NCBI GenBank assembly: GCA_963663995.1 | Contig: OY760660.1 | Coordinates: forward strand, 600,001-632,000 | Length of the DNA: 32,000 nucleotides | Direction of reading: 5' to 3' | From: Erysipelotrichaceae bacterium | GTDB taxonomy: Bacteria > Bacillota_I > Bacilli_A > Erysipelotrichales > Erysipelotrichaceae | In this document: one piece after another, positions 18,410 to 25,722 of the stretch | How positions within the stretch are numbered: the first letter of the stretch is position 1 | How the letters are laid out: each line of letters begins with the position of its first letter | Made by a program: the position numbers and the translations under genes | The notes under the pieces: model-generated | The model's database searches: none | What the model was told of the DNA's origin: nothing | Seen by the model: only the letters and a program-made list of their open reading frames with translations

Positions 18410-19335
18410 TGGATTATTTAGTAACACTTATTTTTTCAATCATTGGTGCGCTAATTTTTATTAGTGTCCTAATGTATACCGTACGAATTATTCCTCAATC
18501 ACAAGCTTATGTCGTTGAACGATTAGGGGCATATCATAAGACAATGGAGCGTGGTTTGCATTTTATCATTCCAATCTTAGATCATGTCTCAAATAAAGTA
18601 TCTTTAAAAGAATGGGCAAAGGACTTCCCTCCTCAACCTGTTATTACTAAAGATAATGTCACGATGATGATTGATACGGTTGTTTATTTTGCTGTTTTAG
18701 ATCCTCGCCTTTATACCTATGGGATTCATAGCCCAGTTAATGCGATTGAGCTTTTAACTGCTACAACCTTACGTAATATCATTGGTGAATTAGAACTTGA
18801 TGAAACCCTCACTTCTCGTGAAATCATTAATACTAAAATGCGTGTTATTTTAGATGAAGCGACTGACCCTTGGGGTATCAAAGTGAATCGTGTTGAAGTT
18901 AAAAACATAAACCCACCTAAAGATATTCAAGATGCGATGGAAAAACAAATGCGTGCTGAACGTGATCGTCGTAGTTTAATCCTCCAAGCCGAAGGTGAAA
19001 AACGTAGTGCTATCTTAAGTGCTGAAGGTGAAAAAGAATCCGTTGTCTTACGTGCTGAAGCTAAGCAACTAGCTTTGATTGCTGAAGCTACAGGTCAAGC
19101 TGAAGCGATTAAACTTGTCTTTGAAGCCCAAGCTCGCGGGATTGAAATGATTAATCAAGCAAATCCTCAAAATGGTTATATTACCTTAAAAGGTTTTGAA
19201 GCTTTAGAAAAAGTAGCGGATGGACAATCAACAAAACTTATTATTCCATCAAACCTACAAGAATTGTCTGCGATTACCGCAAGTATTAAAACAATGTGGG
19301 AAGATCCAAAAGAAGCTAAAACTACTAAGAAATAG
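18409..19335 (+). CDS. SPFH/band-7 (stomatin/flotillin-like) protein
   Basis: 308 aa. N-terminal TM, then VRIIPQSQAYVVERLGAYHKT and ITKDNVTMMIDTVVYF, with an Ala/Glu-rich coiled C-terminus. The start overlaps the nfeD stop (TAATG). Confidence 0.9.
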   Translation: MDYLVTLIFSIIGALIFISVLMYTVRIIPQSQAYVVERLGAYHKTMERGLHFIIPILDHVSNKVSLKEWAKDFPPQPVITKDNVTMMIDTVVYFAVLDPRLYTYGIHSPVNAIELLTATTLRNIIGELELDETLTSREIINTKMRVILDEATDPWGIKVNRVEVKNINPPKDIQDAMEKQMRAERDRRSLILQAEGEKRSAILSAEGEKESVVLRAEAKQLALIAEATGQAEAIKLVFEAQARGIEMINQANPQNGYITLKGFEALEKVADGQSTKLIIPSNLQELSAITASIKTMWEDPKEAKTTKK

Positions 19336-19361
19336 AAGATACACAGGTATCTTCTTTTTTT
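19335..19361 (+). terminator. Rho-independent terminator after the SPFH gene
   Basis: GAAGATAC-ACAG-GTATCTTC followed by T7. Confidence 0.85.
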
Positions 19362-19368
19362 GTATAAT
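19361..19368 (+). promoter_or_regulatory. Putative -10 (TGTATAAT) for the EIIB genes
   Basis: It lies immediately after the terminator U-run. A 23-nt leader with a GAGG SD precedes ATG 19392. Confidence 0.4.
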
Positions 19369-19391
19369 GAGACTAATGAGGTAAAACATAT

Positions 19392-19703
19392 ATGAAATTA
19401 ATGTTAATCTGTGGAGCCGGTATGTCGAGTAGTTTATTATCTAATAAAGTAAATGATGCGATCAAAAAACGTGATTTAGATGTTGAAGCTTGGGCAATCG
19501 CATCGGTTGATTTTAAAGCGAATCTAGAAAAAGCGGATGTTGTCTTATTGGCACCACAAATTCGTTTTATGCGTAAACAATTTGAAGAACAATTAGGAGA
19601 TACACCGATTGAAGTCATTGACTTTACTGTCTATGGGTCAATGAATGGTGACAAGATTGTCGATCAAGGAATAAAAATCTACAACGAGAAAGTAAAGAAA
19701 TAG
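19392..19703 (+). CDS. PTS lactose/cellobiose-family EIIB component (copy 1)
   Basis: 103 aa. MKLMLICGAGMSSSLL carries the phospho-Cys loop (Cys7), with DVVLLAPQIRF also present. Confidence 0.85.
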   Translation: MKLMLICGAGMSSSLLSNKVNDAIKKRDLDVEAWAIASVDFKANLEKADVVLLAPQIRFMRKQFEEQLGDTPIEVIDFTVYGSMNGDKIVDQGIKIYNEKVKK

Positions 19704-19722
19704 TAAAGTTTACTATTTTTTT
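19701..19722 (+). terminator. Weak A/T hairpin plus T7 between the two EIIB genes (possible attenuator)
   Basis: TAGTA-AAGTT-TACTA followed by TTTTTTT. The stem is almost entirely A/U, so any termination is probably partial. Confidence 0.3.
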
Positions 19723-19759
19723 CAGTTAACTTTTAAAAAGAAAAAATAGAGGAATCGAA

Positions 19760-20077
19760 ATGAAATTAATGTTAATGTGTGGAGCTGGTATGTCGAGTAG
19801 TTTACTCGCAAGAAAAGTCAATGAGGCAATTGAAAGACGAAATCTTGATATTGAATCTTGGGCTATATCTGAAGTTGAAGTAAACCAATATGTAGGCAAA
19901 CAAGATGTTGTATTAATTGCTCCACAAATACGTTTTATGATGAAGCGTCTCAAAGATGTTTTAGGTAATGTCCCGCTTGAGGTTATTGAGTTTAGTGCCT
20001 ATGGACAAATGGATGCAGATAAAATTGTTGATCATGGGTTAAGAGTTTATGAACAAATAAAAAAAAATAACAGCTAA
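19760..20077 (+). CDS. PTS lactose/cellobiose-family EIIB component (copy 2)
   Basis: 105 aa. MKLMLMCGAGMSSSLL and DVVLIAPQIRF. AGAGGAA SD. Confidence 0.85.
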   Translation: MKLMLMCGAGMSSSLLARKVNEAIERRNLDIESWAISEVEVNQYVGKQDVVLIAPQIRFMMKRLKDVLGNVPLEVIEFSAYGQMDADKIVDHGLRVYEQIKKNNS

Positions 20078-20152
20078 TATCAAATGCTTCCGTCCTTAAG
20101 CGCAAAGCACATATAATCGGACAACAAATAAAAAGAAATTATCATTAAAAGA

Positions 20153-20187
20153 ACAGTATTCGATATTTTGTATTACTGTTTTTTTAA
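20153..20187 (+). terminator. Rho-independent terminator after EIIB copy 2
   Basis: AACAGTA ... TACTGTT (7-bp stem, 15-nt loop) followed by T6. Confidence 0.55.
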
Positions 20188-20273
20188 TATTCGTAGTTTC
20201 TAAACGATTAAAAATAGTATTAAAATAAACTTTATAATAAAATAGGTATACATAGAATAAAATGGGTGGATGT

Positions 20274-20807
20274 ATGTTAAAAAAACAAAATTTGTACAAA
20301 TTGGGGATTATTTCATTATTAAACTTAAGTGCTTGTTCTAACACTTCTGATGTAGATAATCAAGCAATAACAATTCAAAAATTATCTTCAGAAATTGAAG
20401 AATTAAACGAAGCTGTATCAAGTCTACAAGAACAATTGTATGCTCCAAATATTATATTCCCTATTGATTATAATGGTGAACAACTTTATGTTAATTCAAG
20501 AATGCCTTTTGCAATATCGTTGGTTAACTCTGAAGAATTACCAATAAGAGTTTATGGATATGATAATTCTATTGTTGTGTTTTATGAAAATGATAACATT
20601 AATCAATTTTTAGAAAGTTATGTAATTGTACCTAGAATAATCATTAAAGAAAACAATGACAACCCAGAGTATTTTGATTCTAACTCAATTATTAGATTTC
20701 TCGATGATAATTGGGCGATTGTAAGAAACATAAGTATTGAAACCAGTTTAGATGTTGAGACAAACCAGAAAATCAGAACAATGTTGGAAAACATAAGATT
20801 TTATTAG
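20274..20807 (+). CDS. Orphan lipoprotein of unknown function
   Basis: MLKKQNLYKLGIISLLNLSAC has a typical n-region, h-region and lipobox (L-S-A-C), followed by a short coiled segment (IEELNEAVSSLQEQL). I recognise no family. I prefer ATG 20274 over 20262. Confidence 0.6.
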   Translation: MLKKQNLYKLGIISLLNLSACSNTSDVDNQAITIQKLSSEIEELNEAVSSLQEQLYAPNIIFPIDYNGEQLYVNSRMPFAISLVNSEELPIRVYGYDNSIVVFYENDNINQFLESYVIVPRIIIKENNDNPEYFDSNSIIRFLDDNWAIVRNISIETSLDVETNQKIRTMLENIRFY

Positions 20808-20892
20808 TAAATAGTAAAACAGAAATGTCTCATATCCAATCAGCTTGTAATTAGCATCTGAAAAACAAGCGATTAGATTAATTGAAAATCTT

Positions 20893-20916
20893 GGAATTGA
20901 ACAATTCCATTTTTTT
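20893..20916 (+). terminator. Rho-independent terminator after the lipoprotein gene
   Basis: GGAATT-GAAC-AATTCC followed by ATTTTTTTAT. Confidence 0.7.
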
Positions 20917-20951
20917 ATGCAATGATATATGATATGTAATTTTAAATACCA

Positions 20952-20978
20952 CAAACAAAAACCCTTTATTTAAAAGGG
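20952..20978 (-). terminator. Rho-independent terminator of metK
   Basis: The minus strand reads CCCTTT-TAAAT-AAAGGG followed by TTTTTGTTTG, about 100 nt past the metK stop. Confidence 0.7.
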
Positions 20979-21076
20979 CTTGGGTGAACTCATTATGTTT
21001 ACTAAATCAAGTGTAATTGGTGTCGCAATTTAAGGTTTTTACTCCTTAGAACGTAATTCATTAAACTAATATGCTG

Positions 21077-22183
21077 TTATTTTTTGAGTTCTATTATCTT
21101 TTCCCAACTGAAACCATCTCGTCCAAAATGACCAAAGTTAGCAGTTTGTCGATAGATTGGTTTAAGTAAATCAAGTTCAGAAATAATGTTTGAAACCGAG
21201 AAATCAAAGTTATTTTCGACAATTTCATAGATTTTTTCCATCTCAATTTTTTCAGTTCCAAATGCATTGATATAGATTGAGAGAGGATGTGTTAAGCCAA
21301 TCGCATAAGAAACTTGAATTTCACAACGGTCCATTAAACCATTTGCGACTAAGTTTTTCGCAACATAACGACAATAGTAAGCTGCAGAACGGTCTACTTT
21401 AGAAGGATCTTTTGAACTAAAGCATCCACCACCAATACGTCCCATACCACCATAGGAATCAACTACGATCTTACGACCTGTTGTTCCGCTATCACCAAAT
21501 GATCCACCAATTACAAAGCGTCCGCCTGGATTAATATCGATCTTTAAATCTTTTGAAATCCATTTTGGATCTAAGACTTTATCAATAATTTCTTTTTTAA
21601 CAAGAGCATATAAATCTTCTTGATTAATATCATGAGCATGCATTGTAGATACAACCACATGAGTAATTTCTTTTGGTTTGTCATCTTCATATAAAACGGT
21701 TACTTGCGTTTTAGCATCGGGTTTTAAACGACGATCTTCAAATTTAAATTCAGATAAGCGTTTAGAAAGTTTATGAGCTGTATCAATCGCTAAAGGCATA
21801 TAGCTTTCCGTTTCATTTGTTGCATAACCAAACATAATCCCTTGGTCTCCAGCTGCAATTTCGTTTCCTAAAACAACTTTGTTAAAGATATCTGCAGATT
21901 GAGCACCAATCATAGTTAAAACTGTAAAATCTTGGGGATATCCAATATCTTTTAAGACTTGTTTAGCTACATTCTCAACGTTCAAGCTTAAATGTGAGAA
22001 TTCTCCTAAGTTTTGTTCACCGTAGATGACAAGTGTTGAGTCTTTAATCGTACACTCTACTGCCATCTTGGCGTGTGGATTAATTTTTAAAGCTTCATCT
22101 AAGATCGCATCTGCTACTTGGTCACAGATTTTATCTGGATGTCCGTCAGTAACGGATTCGGATGTGAAATAATATCGATTCAT
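21077..22183 (-). CDS. metK: S-adenosylmethionine synthetase
   Basis: 368 aa with FTSESVTDGHPDKICDQ, GDQGIMFGYA, GGGCFSSKDPSKVDRSAAY and GHFGR. Confidence 0.97.
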   Translation of the reverse strand: MNRYYFTSESVTDGHPDKICDQVADAILDEALKINPHAKMAVECTIKDSTLVIYGEQNLGEFSHLSLNVENVAKQVLKDIGYPQDFTVLTMIGAQSADIFNKVVLGNEIAAGDQGIMFGYATNETESYMPLAIDTAHKLSKRLSEFKFEDRRLKPDAKTQVTVLYEDDKPKEITHVVVSTMHAHDINQEDLYALVKKEIIDKVLDPKWISKDLKIDINPGGRFVIGGSFGDSGTTGRKIVVDSYGGMGRIGGGCFSSKDPSKVDRSAAYYCRYVAKNLVANGLMDRCEIQVSYAIGLTHPLSIYINAFGTEKIEMEKIYEIVENNFDFSVSNIISELDLLKPIYRQTANFGHFGRDGFSWEKIIELKK

Positions 22184-22203
22184 GGGTTTATTCCTCCTAT
22201 TTC

Positions 22204-22352
22204 AAATAAAAACCCCGCATACAAATCAGGGTTTAACTTTAATATAGAAGTTATCCCTTATCGAAATTAGCGGTACCACCTTGCTTGCTTCACATCAAGT
22301 AGGTTGGCGAGGGGTCATAGAGCTAAATCTCTACCCCTATCTCTAGATAAGA
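22204..22352 (-). promoter_or_regulatory. SAM-I (S-box)-like riboswitch with terminator, metK leader
   Basis: The minus strand reads TCTTATC-TAGAGATAGGGGTAGAGATTTAGCTCTATGACCCCTCGCCAACC ... AAGGTGGTACCGCTAATTTC-GATAAGGG. P1 is CTTATC/GATAAG. The AGAG, GGGG/CCCC, UGA and GC(C)AACC elements sit in S-box order. A terminator follows: AAACCCTG...GCGGGGTTT plus a U-run (22204-22234). Confidence 0.72.
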
Positions 22353-22359
22353 CTTACAA

Positions 22360-22368
22360 AATATAACA
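22360..22368 (-). promoter_or_regulatory. Extended -10 (TGTTATATT) for the metK leader
   Basis: The rc of 22360-22368 reads TGTTATATT, about 8 nt upstream of riboswitch P1. Confidence 0.5.
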
Positions 22369-22380
22369 TGACAACACAAA

Positions 22381-23241
22381 TCATTCAAGTGGTGTCTGAT
22401 GATAATTACCAACAATCTTCTCTGTATTCGATACAGAAATAAAGACTTGAGGATCAGCAGAACGTGCGCTTTGAATGACTTGATTTACTTGGACTTCTTG
22501 AACAACCATAAAAAGCAAACAACGCTTTTGTTTAGAGTATGCCCCTTCGCCCCAAATTTTAGTTATGCCATGATGCGTATTCGCTAAAATCATATCACTT
22601 ACTTCATCAGGCTTAGTTGTGATCATATAGAGTGATTTACTTTTATAGCGCATATGTCGGCTATTGATCACTTGAGTAGATACAAATTGTAGAATGATTG
22701 AATACAAGGCAATTTCAAGTCCATAAATTGATCCTGCTAGTAAAAGTAAAATAACATTTGCAGCCATAATCCAGGACCAAATAGGCCGTTTGAGTTTCTC
22801 AGACAAGTAGATAGCGATAAAGTCAGTACCACCAGAACTTGCATTTCTTTGTAAAACCATCCAACCAGATATACCACTAAGTAAACCACCAAAAACAGCG
22901 AGTAAAATCATATCATAATCGAGACGAATCATAGGAAAAAGCAAAGTAAATAAAGATACAAGTGAATAATTAATAATCGAAAAGATTGTAAACTTGCGAC
23001 CAACTTTATTGAAAACTAAAAAAGTACCAGGCAAATTAATCAGAATATACAAAACACCATAAGGTATTGAAATATCAAAAAAGTCTTTAGATACACGAAC
23101 GATGAGTAATGAAATTCCACTTATACCACCTGGATAGAAATTCCCTGAATATAATATTGTGTTTATACTTACCGCAAATACAAAAGCAGATACGATGACC
23201 CAAAACAATGTTATTAAATCTTTTTTTGTCCATTTAATCAT
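22381..23241 (-). CDS. YitT-family membrane protein (DUF161 repeats plus C-terminal DUF2179)
   Basis: 286 aa. Five or six TM segments, then a soluble C-terminal domain (YMITTKPDEVSDMILANTHHGITKIWGEGAYS...VFISVSN) typical of YitT proteins. Confidence 0.8.
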   Translation of the reverse strand: MIKWTKKDLITLFWVIVSAFVFAVSINTILYSGNFYPGGISGISLLIVRVSKDFFDISIPYGVLYILINLPGTFLVFNKVGRKFTIFSIINYSLVSLFTLLFPMIRLDYDMILLAVFGGLLSGISGWMVLQRNASSGGTDFIAIYLSEKLKRPIWSWIMAANVILLLLAGSIYGLEIALYSIILQFVSTQVINSRHMRYKSKSLYMITTKPDEVSDMILANTHHGITKIWGEGAYSKQKRCLLFMVVQEVQVNQVIQSARSADPQVFISVSNTEKIVGNYHQTPLE

Positions 23242-23247
23242 AAAAAT

Positions 23248-23253
23248 ATTATA
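23248..23253 (-). promoter_or_regulatory. -10 box TATAAT, 6 nt before the YitT ATG (leaderless candidate)
   Basis: The minus strand reads GGACTATAAT-ATTTTT-ATG, with no SD. Confidence 0.5.
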
Positions 23254-23264
23254 GTCCTTTTAAC

Positions 23265-23290
23265 ATAAAAAAAGCGGCTAAATTAGCCGC
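23265..23290 (-). terminator. Rho-independent terminator of the ridA operon
   Basis: The minus strand reads GCGGCT-AATTT-AGCCGC followed by T7. The hairpin includes the last ridA codons and its stop. Confidence 0.8.
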
Positions 23291-23810
23291 AACATGAACC
23301 ATTACATCCTTCTTCTTCACTGTCATCGTTTGAACCACAAGCACATGAATCACCACAACCTTCATCATCAGAACCGCATCCGCAGCCTTCGTGTGAGTGT
23401 TGGTGTGCTACTTGTTGTTCATAAACTAAAGTATCGATGACAATCGCTTCAATTTCCACTAAAGCACCTAAAGGTAAAGCTTTCACTTCAATAGTAGAGC
23501 GTGCTGGATATGGATCAGCAAAATAAGTTGCATAAATTTCATTCATTTGGCTAAAGTTAGCTAAATCAGACATGAATACTGTTGTCTTAACAACATGTCT
23601 CATTTCTAAATTCATTTCAGCTAAAACAGCTTCCATGTTTTTAAGTACTTGATAGGTTTGTTCTTGGATGCCACCATCAACTAATTTATCAGTTGTTGGA
23701 TCAATCGCTAATTGACCTGAAAGATAAACGAAATCACCAAGCTTTGTCGCTGGTGAATATGGACCAATCGCTTTTGGCGCATTGTTAGAATGAATAGATT
23801 TTGTAAACAT
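23283..23810 (-). CDS. ridA: RidA/YjgF-family enamine/imine deaminase with a ~50-aa Cys/His/Asp-rich C-terminal tail
   Basis: APKAIGPYSPA, VYLSGQLAIDP, ARSTIEVKALPLGALVEIEAI. The RidA fold ends near residue 125 and the ORF continues to residue 175. Confidence 0.85.
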   Translation of the reverse strand: MFTKSIHSNNAPKAIGPYSPATKLGDFVYLSGQLAIDPTTDKLVDGGIQEQTYQVLKNMEAVLAEMNLEMRHVVKTTVFMSDLANFSQMNEIYATYFADPYPARSTIEVKALPLGALVEIEAIVIDTLVYEQQVAHQHSHEGCGCGSDDEGCGDSCACGSNDDSEEEGCNGSCCG

Positions 23811-23822
23811 AAGACCCTCTCT

Positions 23823-23969
23823 TTACCACTCTTGGTAGTATTCAATTTCTTCTTCTTGAAGACGTTTTGCGCGATGGATGAAGAACATTCTTAAGAGCGC
23901 ATAAAGACTAATAGTCACAAGGACTAAAAGAATGGCCATTGAAATGTAATCGTTAAAACTTTCCATCAT
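23823..23969 (-). CDS. Small single-TM protein (48 aa), below the ORF-track length cut-off
   Basis: My manual translation gives MMESFNDYISMAILLVLVTISLYALLRMFFIHRAKRLQEEEIEYYQEW. AAGGAAG lies 9 nt upstream. Its stop is 12 nt before the ridA ATG. Confidence 0.4.
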   Translation of the reverse strand: MMESFNDYISMAILLVLVTISLYALLRMFFIHRAKRLQEEEIEYYQEW

Positions 23970-23989
23970 AGATAATTTCTTCCTTAGCC

Positions 23990-23995
23990 ATTATA
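23990..23995 (-). promoter_or_regulatory. Possible internal -10 (TATAAT) for the small ORF and ridA
   Basis: The rc reads TTTATAATGG, 20 nt upstream of the small-ORF ATG, inside the only 62-nt gap in the operon. Confidence 0.35.
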
Positions 23996-24031
23996 AAGGA
24001 GTCGGCTAGTAAACTCAACGAGAATACTTCT

Positions 24032-24520
24032 TCATTTACTTTTAATAAGTGTTATGAGTGGAATCACAACTCTGCTGAATATCCATAGATAGATAATCCC
24101 TGCCATAATATGCAAGATTGTTAAAACAAAATGCGTGTTTGACTTATTTAAACTAAACATGAAAAAGGCAAATATTAAGGCTTGATAAAGAATAGCTAAA
24201 CTTAATTGTAGCTTTGCGTATTTAATAACAAATTCATCTTCTATTAAGGCAAAGATTAGAGCACAATCAAAGATAAAGACAAAGAATTCAATGGGTTTTA
24301 TCGATAACAAGATTACATCCAGCCAGTCTTTTTTATCTAAGACATTCGCTAATATTCGAGTCATGGTATTAATGTCGACAAAATGCGAAATCATCGTAAT
24401 CGAATTTACGGTATTAAAACTCATCAATGTTTGCGCAAAAGGAAATAATTCATAGGCTAAAAAAACATGAGCAAGCAACCATATAAATAAAATAAGTCTA
24501 GTTAAGGTTTTATTCGACAT
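24032..24520 (-). CDS. Hypothetical polytopic membrane protein
   Basis: 162 aa with 4-5 hydrophobic segments and no motif I recognise. Its start overlaps the trmL stop by 11 nt. Confidence 0.5.
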   Translation of the reverse strand: MSNKTLTRLILFIWLLAHVFLAYELFPFAQTLMSFNTVNSITMISHFVDINTMTRILANVLDKKDWLDVILLSIKPIEFFVFIFDCALIFALIEDEFVIKYAKLQLSLAILYQALIFAFFMFSLNKSNTHFVLTILHIMAGIIYLWIFSRVVIPLITLIKSK

Positions 24521-25019
24521 CTAACCAATCTTTTCCTTTAATCATCTCAACTTTTGATAAGCCAGGATAATTTAATTGACGATGAACTTCATAAACCATT
24601 ATCGCAACGGTATTCGATAGATTTAAACTACGAGCTGTTTCGACCATAGGTAAACGAATACAGTTTTCTTTATGTGCTCTTAAGATATCTTTAGGAATAC
24701 CTGTGCTTTCTTTTCCAAAAACAAGATAGATATCATCATTAATTTGTGTAAAATCAAATTGATTTGGATCCTTTTGACCATAACGCGTAATAAAATAAAA
24801 AGTTCCCTTATTCTTTAATAAAAATTCATCATAGTTTTTATAAGTAGAGACAAAAGCATCTAAACGATAATCTAGACCTGAGCGTCGAACTCTTTGTTCA
24901 TCAAGTTTAAAACCTAAAGGTTCAATTAAGTGTAAATGACAATTTGCTGCCACACAGGTACGCATAATATTCCCTGTGTTTTGGGGAATCTCTGGTTCAT
25001 ATAAAACAACATGGATCAT
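24510..25019 (-). CDS. trmL: tRNA (cytidine/uridine-2'-O-)-methyltransferase TrmL (SPOUT, YibK/CspR-like)
   Basis: 169 aa with IHVVLYEPEIPQNTGNIMRTC, LVFGKESTGIP and SLNLSNTVAIMVYE. Confidence 0.9.
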   Translation of the reverse strand: MIHVVLYEPEIPQNTGNIMRTCVAANCHLHLIEPLGFKLDEQRVRRSGLDYRLDAFVSTYKNYDEFLLKNKGTFYFITRYGQKDPNQFDFTQINDDIYLVFGKESTGIPKDILRAHKENCIRLPMVETARSLNLSNTVAIMVYEVHRQLNYPGLSKVEMIKGKDWLDVE

Positions 25020-25023
25020 AAAT

Positions 25024-25722
25024 TTAACCTCTTAAAAACGCTAACAAAGCGATATGTAATGGATAGAAAATATAGAAGAACCATTTTTCAATTGATTGAA
25101 ATGGTTGTGGGAATGCTTTGGGTTTATCACTTTGATAAAAAGCTAATAAAACTAAAGAAAGCATGGAAAATCCTTGAACTAAATAATGCCAACCAATTGT
25201 CCAAAATTGATTGATAATCAAAGGAATATAAGACCAATTTCCAGGTATCATAAATGGATAAAACACAAAGAAAACGGTGATAATCGAATAAGCCAGTGCT
25301 TGTTTAGTAAATTGATCATGAAACTTATAGAAAAAATATAGAACAATGATGCCATAGGCACCATAATCCACCCCAAACATCTCCGCCGTTAAGGCTATTA
25401 GAATAAATGCCCAATCAAAGCCACGATCAATCAGTTCAAACAAAATCAGTGCTAGTCCAAATAAGAAGAAGATACTGATAATCTCCCCTGCTCCAAAGAA
25501 AACCATAATGGCTTGACCTATAAAAGCAGCTAACCATACTCGAATCCCTAGTTTAAGTCGATTAGATGTAAAACGTGCACTATTGGCAAACAAAAAAGTA
25601 AAAATGGGGAACGCTAGTCTTCCAATTACACGTAAAAGGAATAAATCGGGTAAAAGAAAATGACCAACATGATCTATCACCATTGTGATAAGCGCAATCC
25701 ATTTTAGCGTACGACTATTCAT
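25024..25722 (-). CDS. TraX-family membrane acyltransferase-like protein
   Basis: 232 aa, polytopic. LKWIALITMVIDHVGHFL and RLAFPIFTFLF are typical of the TraX family. Confidence 0.75.
   Translation of the reverse strand: MNSRTLKWIALITMVIDHVGHFLLPDLFLLRVIGRLAFPIFTFLFANSARFTSNRLKLGIRVWLAAFIGQAIMVFFGAGEIISIFFLFGLALILFELIDRGFDWAFILIALTAEMFGVDYGAYGIIVLYFFYKFHDQFTKQALAYSIITVFFVFYPFMIPGNWSYIPLIINQFWTIGWHYLVQGFSMLSLVLLAFYQSDKPKAFPQPFQSIEKWFFYIFYPLHIALLAFLRG

Noticed and set aside
18960-19080. Internal AEGEK(R/E)S..L.AE repeat in the SPFH gene
   Set aside because: This is the ordinary Ala/Glu-rich heptad-like coiled-coil region of SPFH/flotillin proteins, not a DNA-level repeat element.
19373-19953. 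Two minus-strand ORFs (19373..19618 and 19726..19953) mirroring the EIIB genes
   Set aside because: They resemble each other only because the EIIB genes they oppose are paralogs. The plus-strand frames carry the EIIB active-site loop.
20096-20954. ORFs 20096..20344 (-) and 20748..20954 (-) in the AT-rich flanks of the lipoprotein gene
   Set aside because: Their sequence is low-complexity Asn/Ile/Phe/Tyr-rich. They overlap terminators and the lipoprotein start and stop, and have no SD.
22270-22280. T-box core-like GGTGGTACCGC in the metK leader, considered as a possible third T-box
   Set aside because: The flanking architecture (CTTATC...GATAAG P1, AGAG, GGGG/CCCC, GCCAACC) follows the SAM-I order, and metK is a classic S-box gene. 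There is no stem I or specifier-like region upstream.
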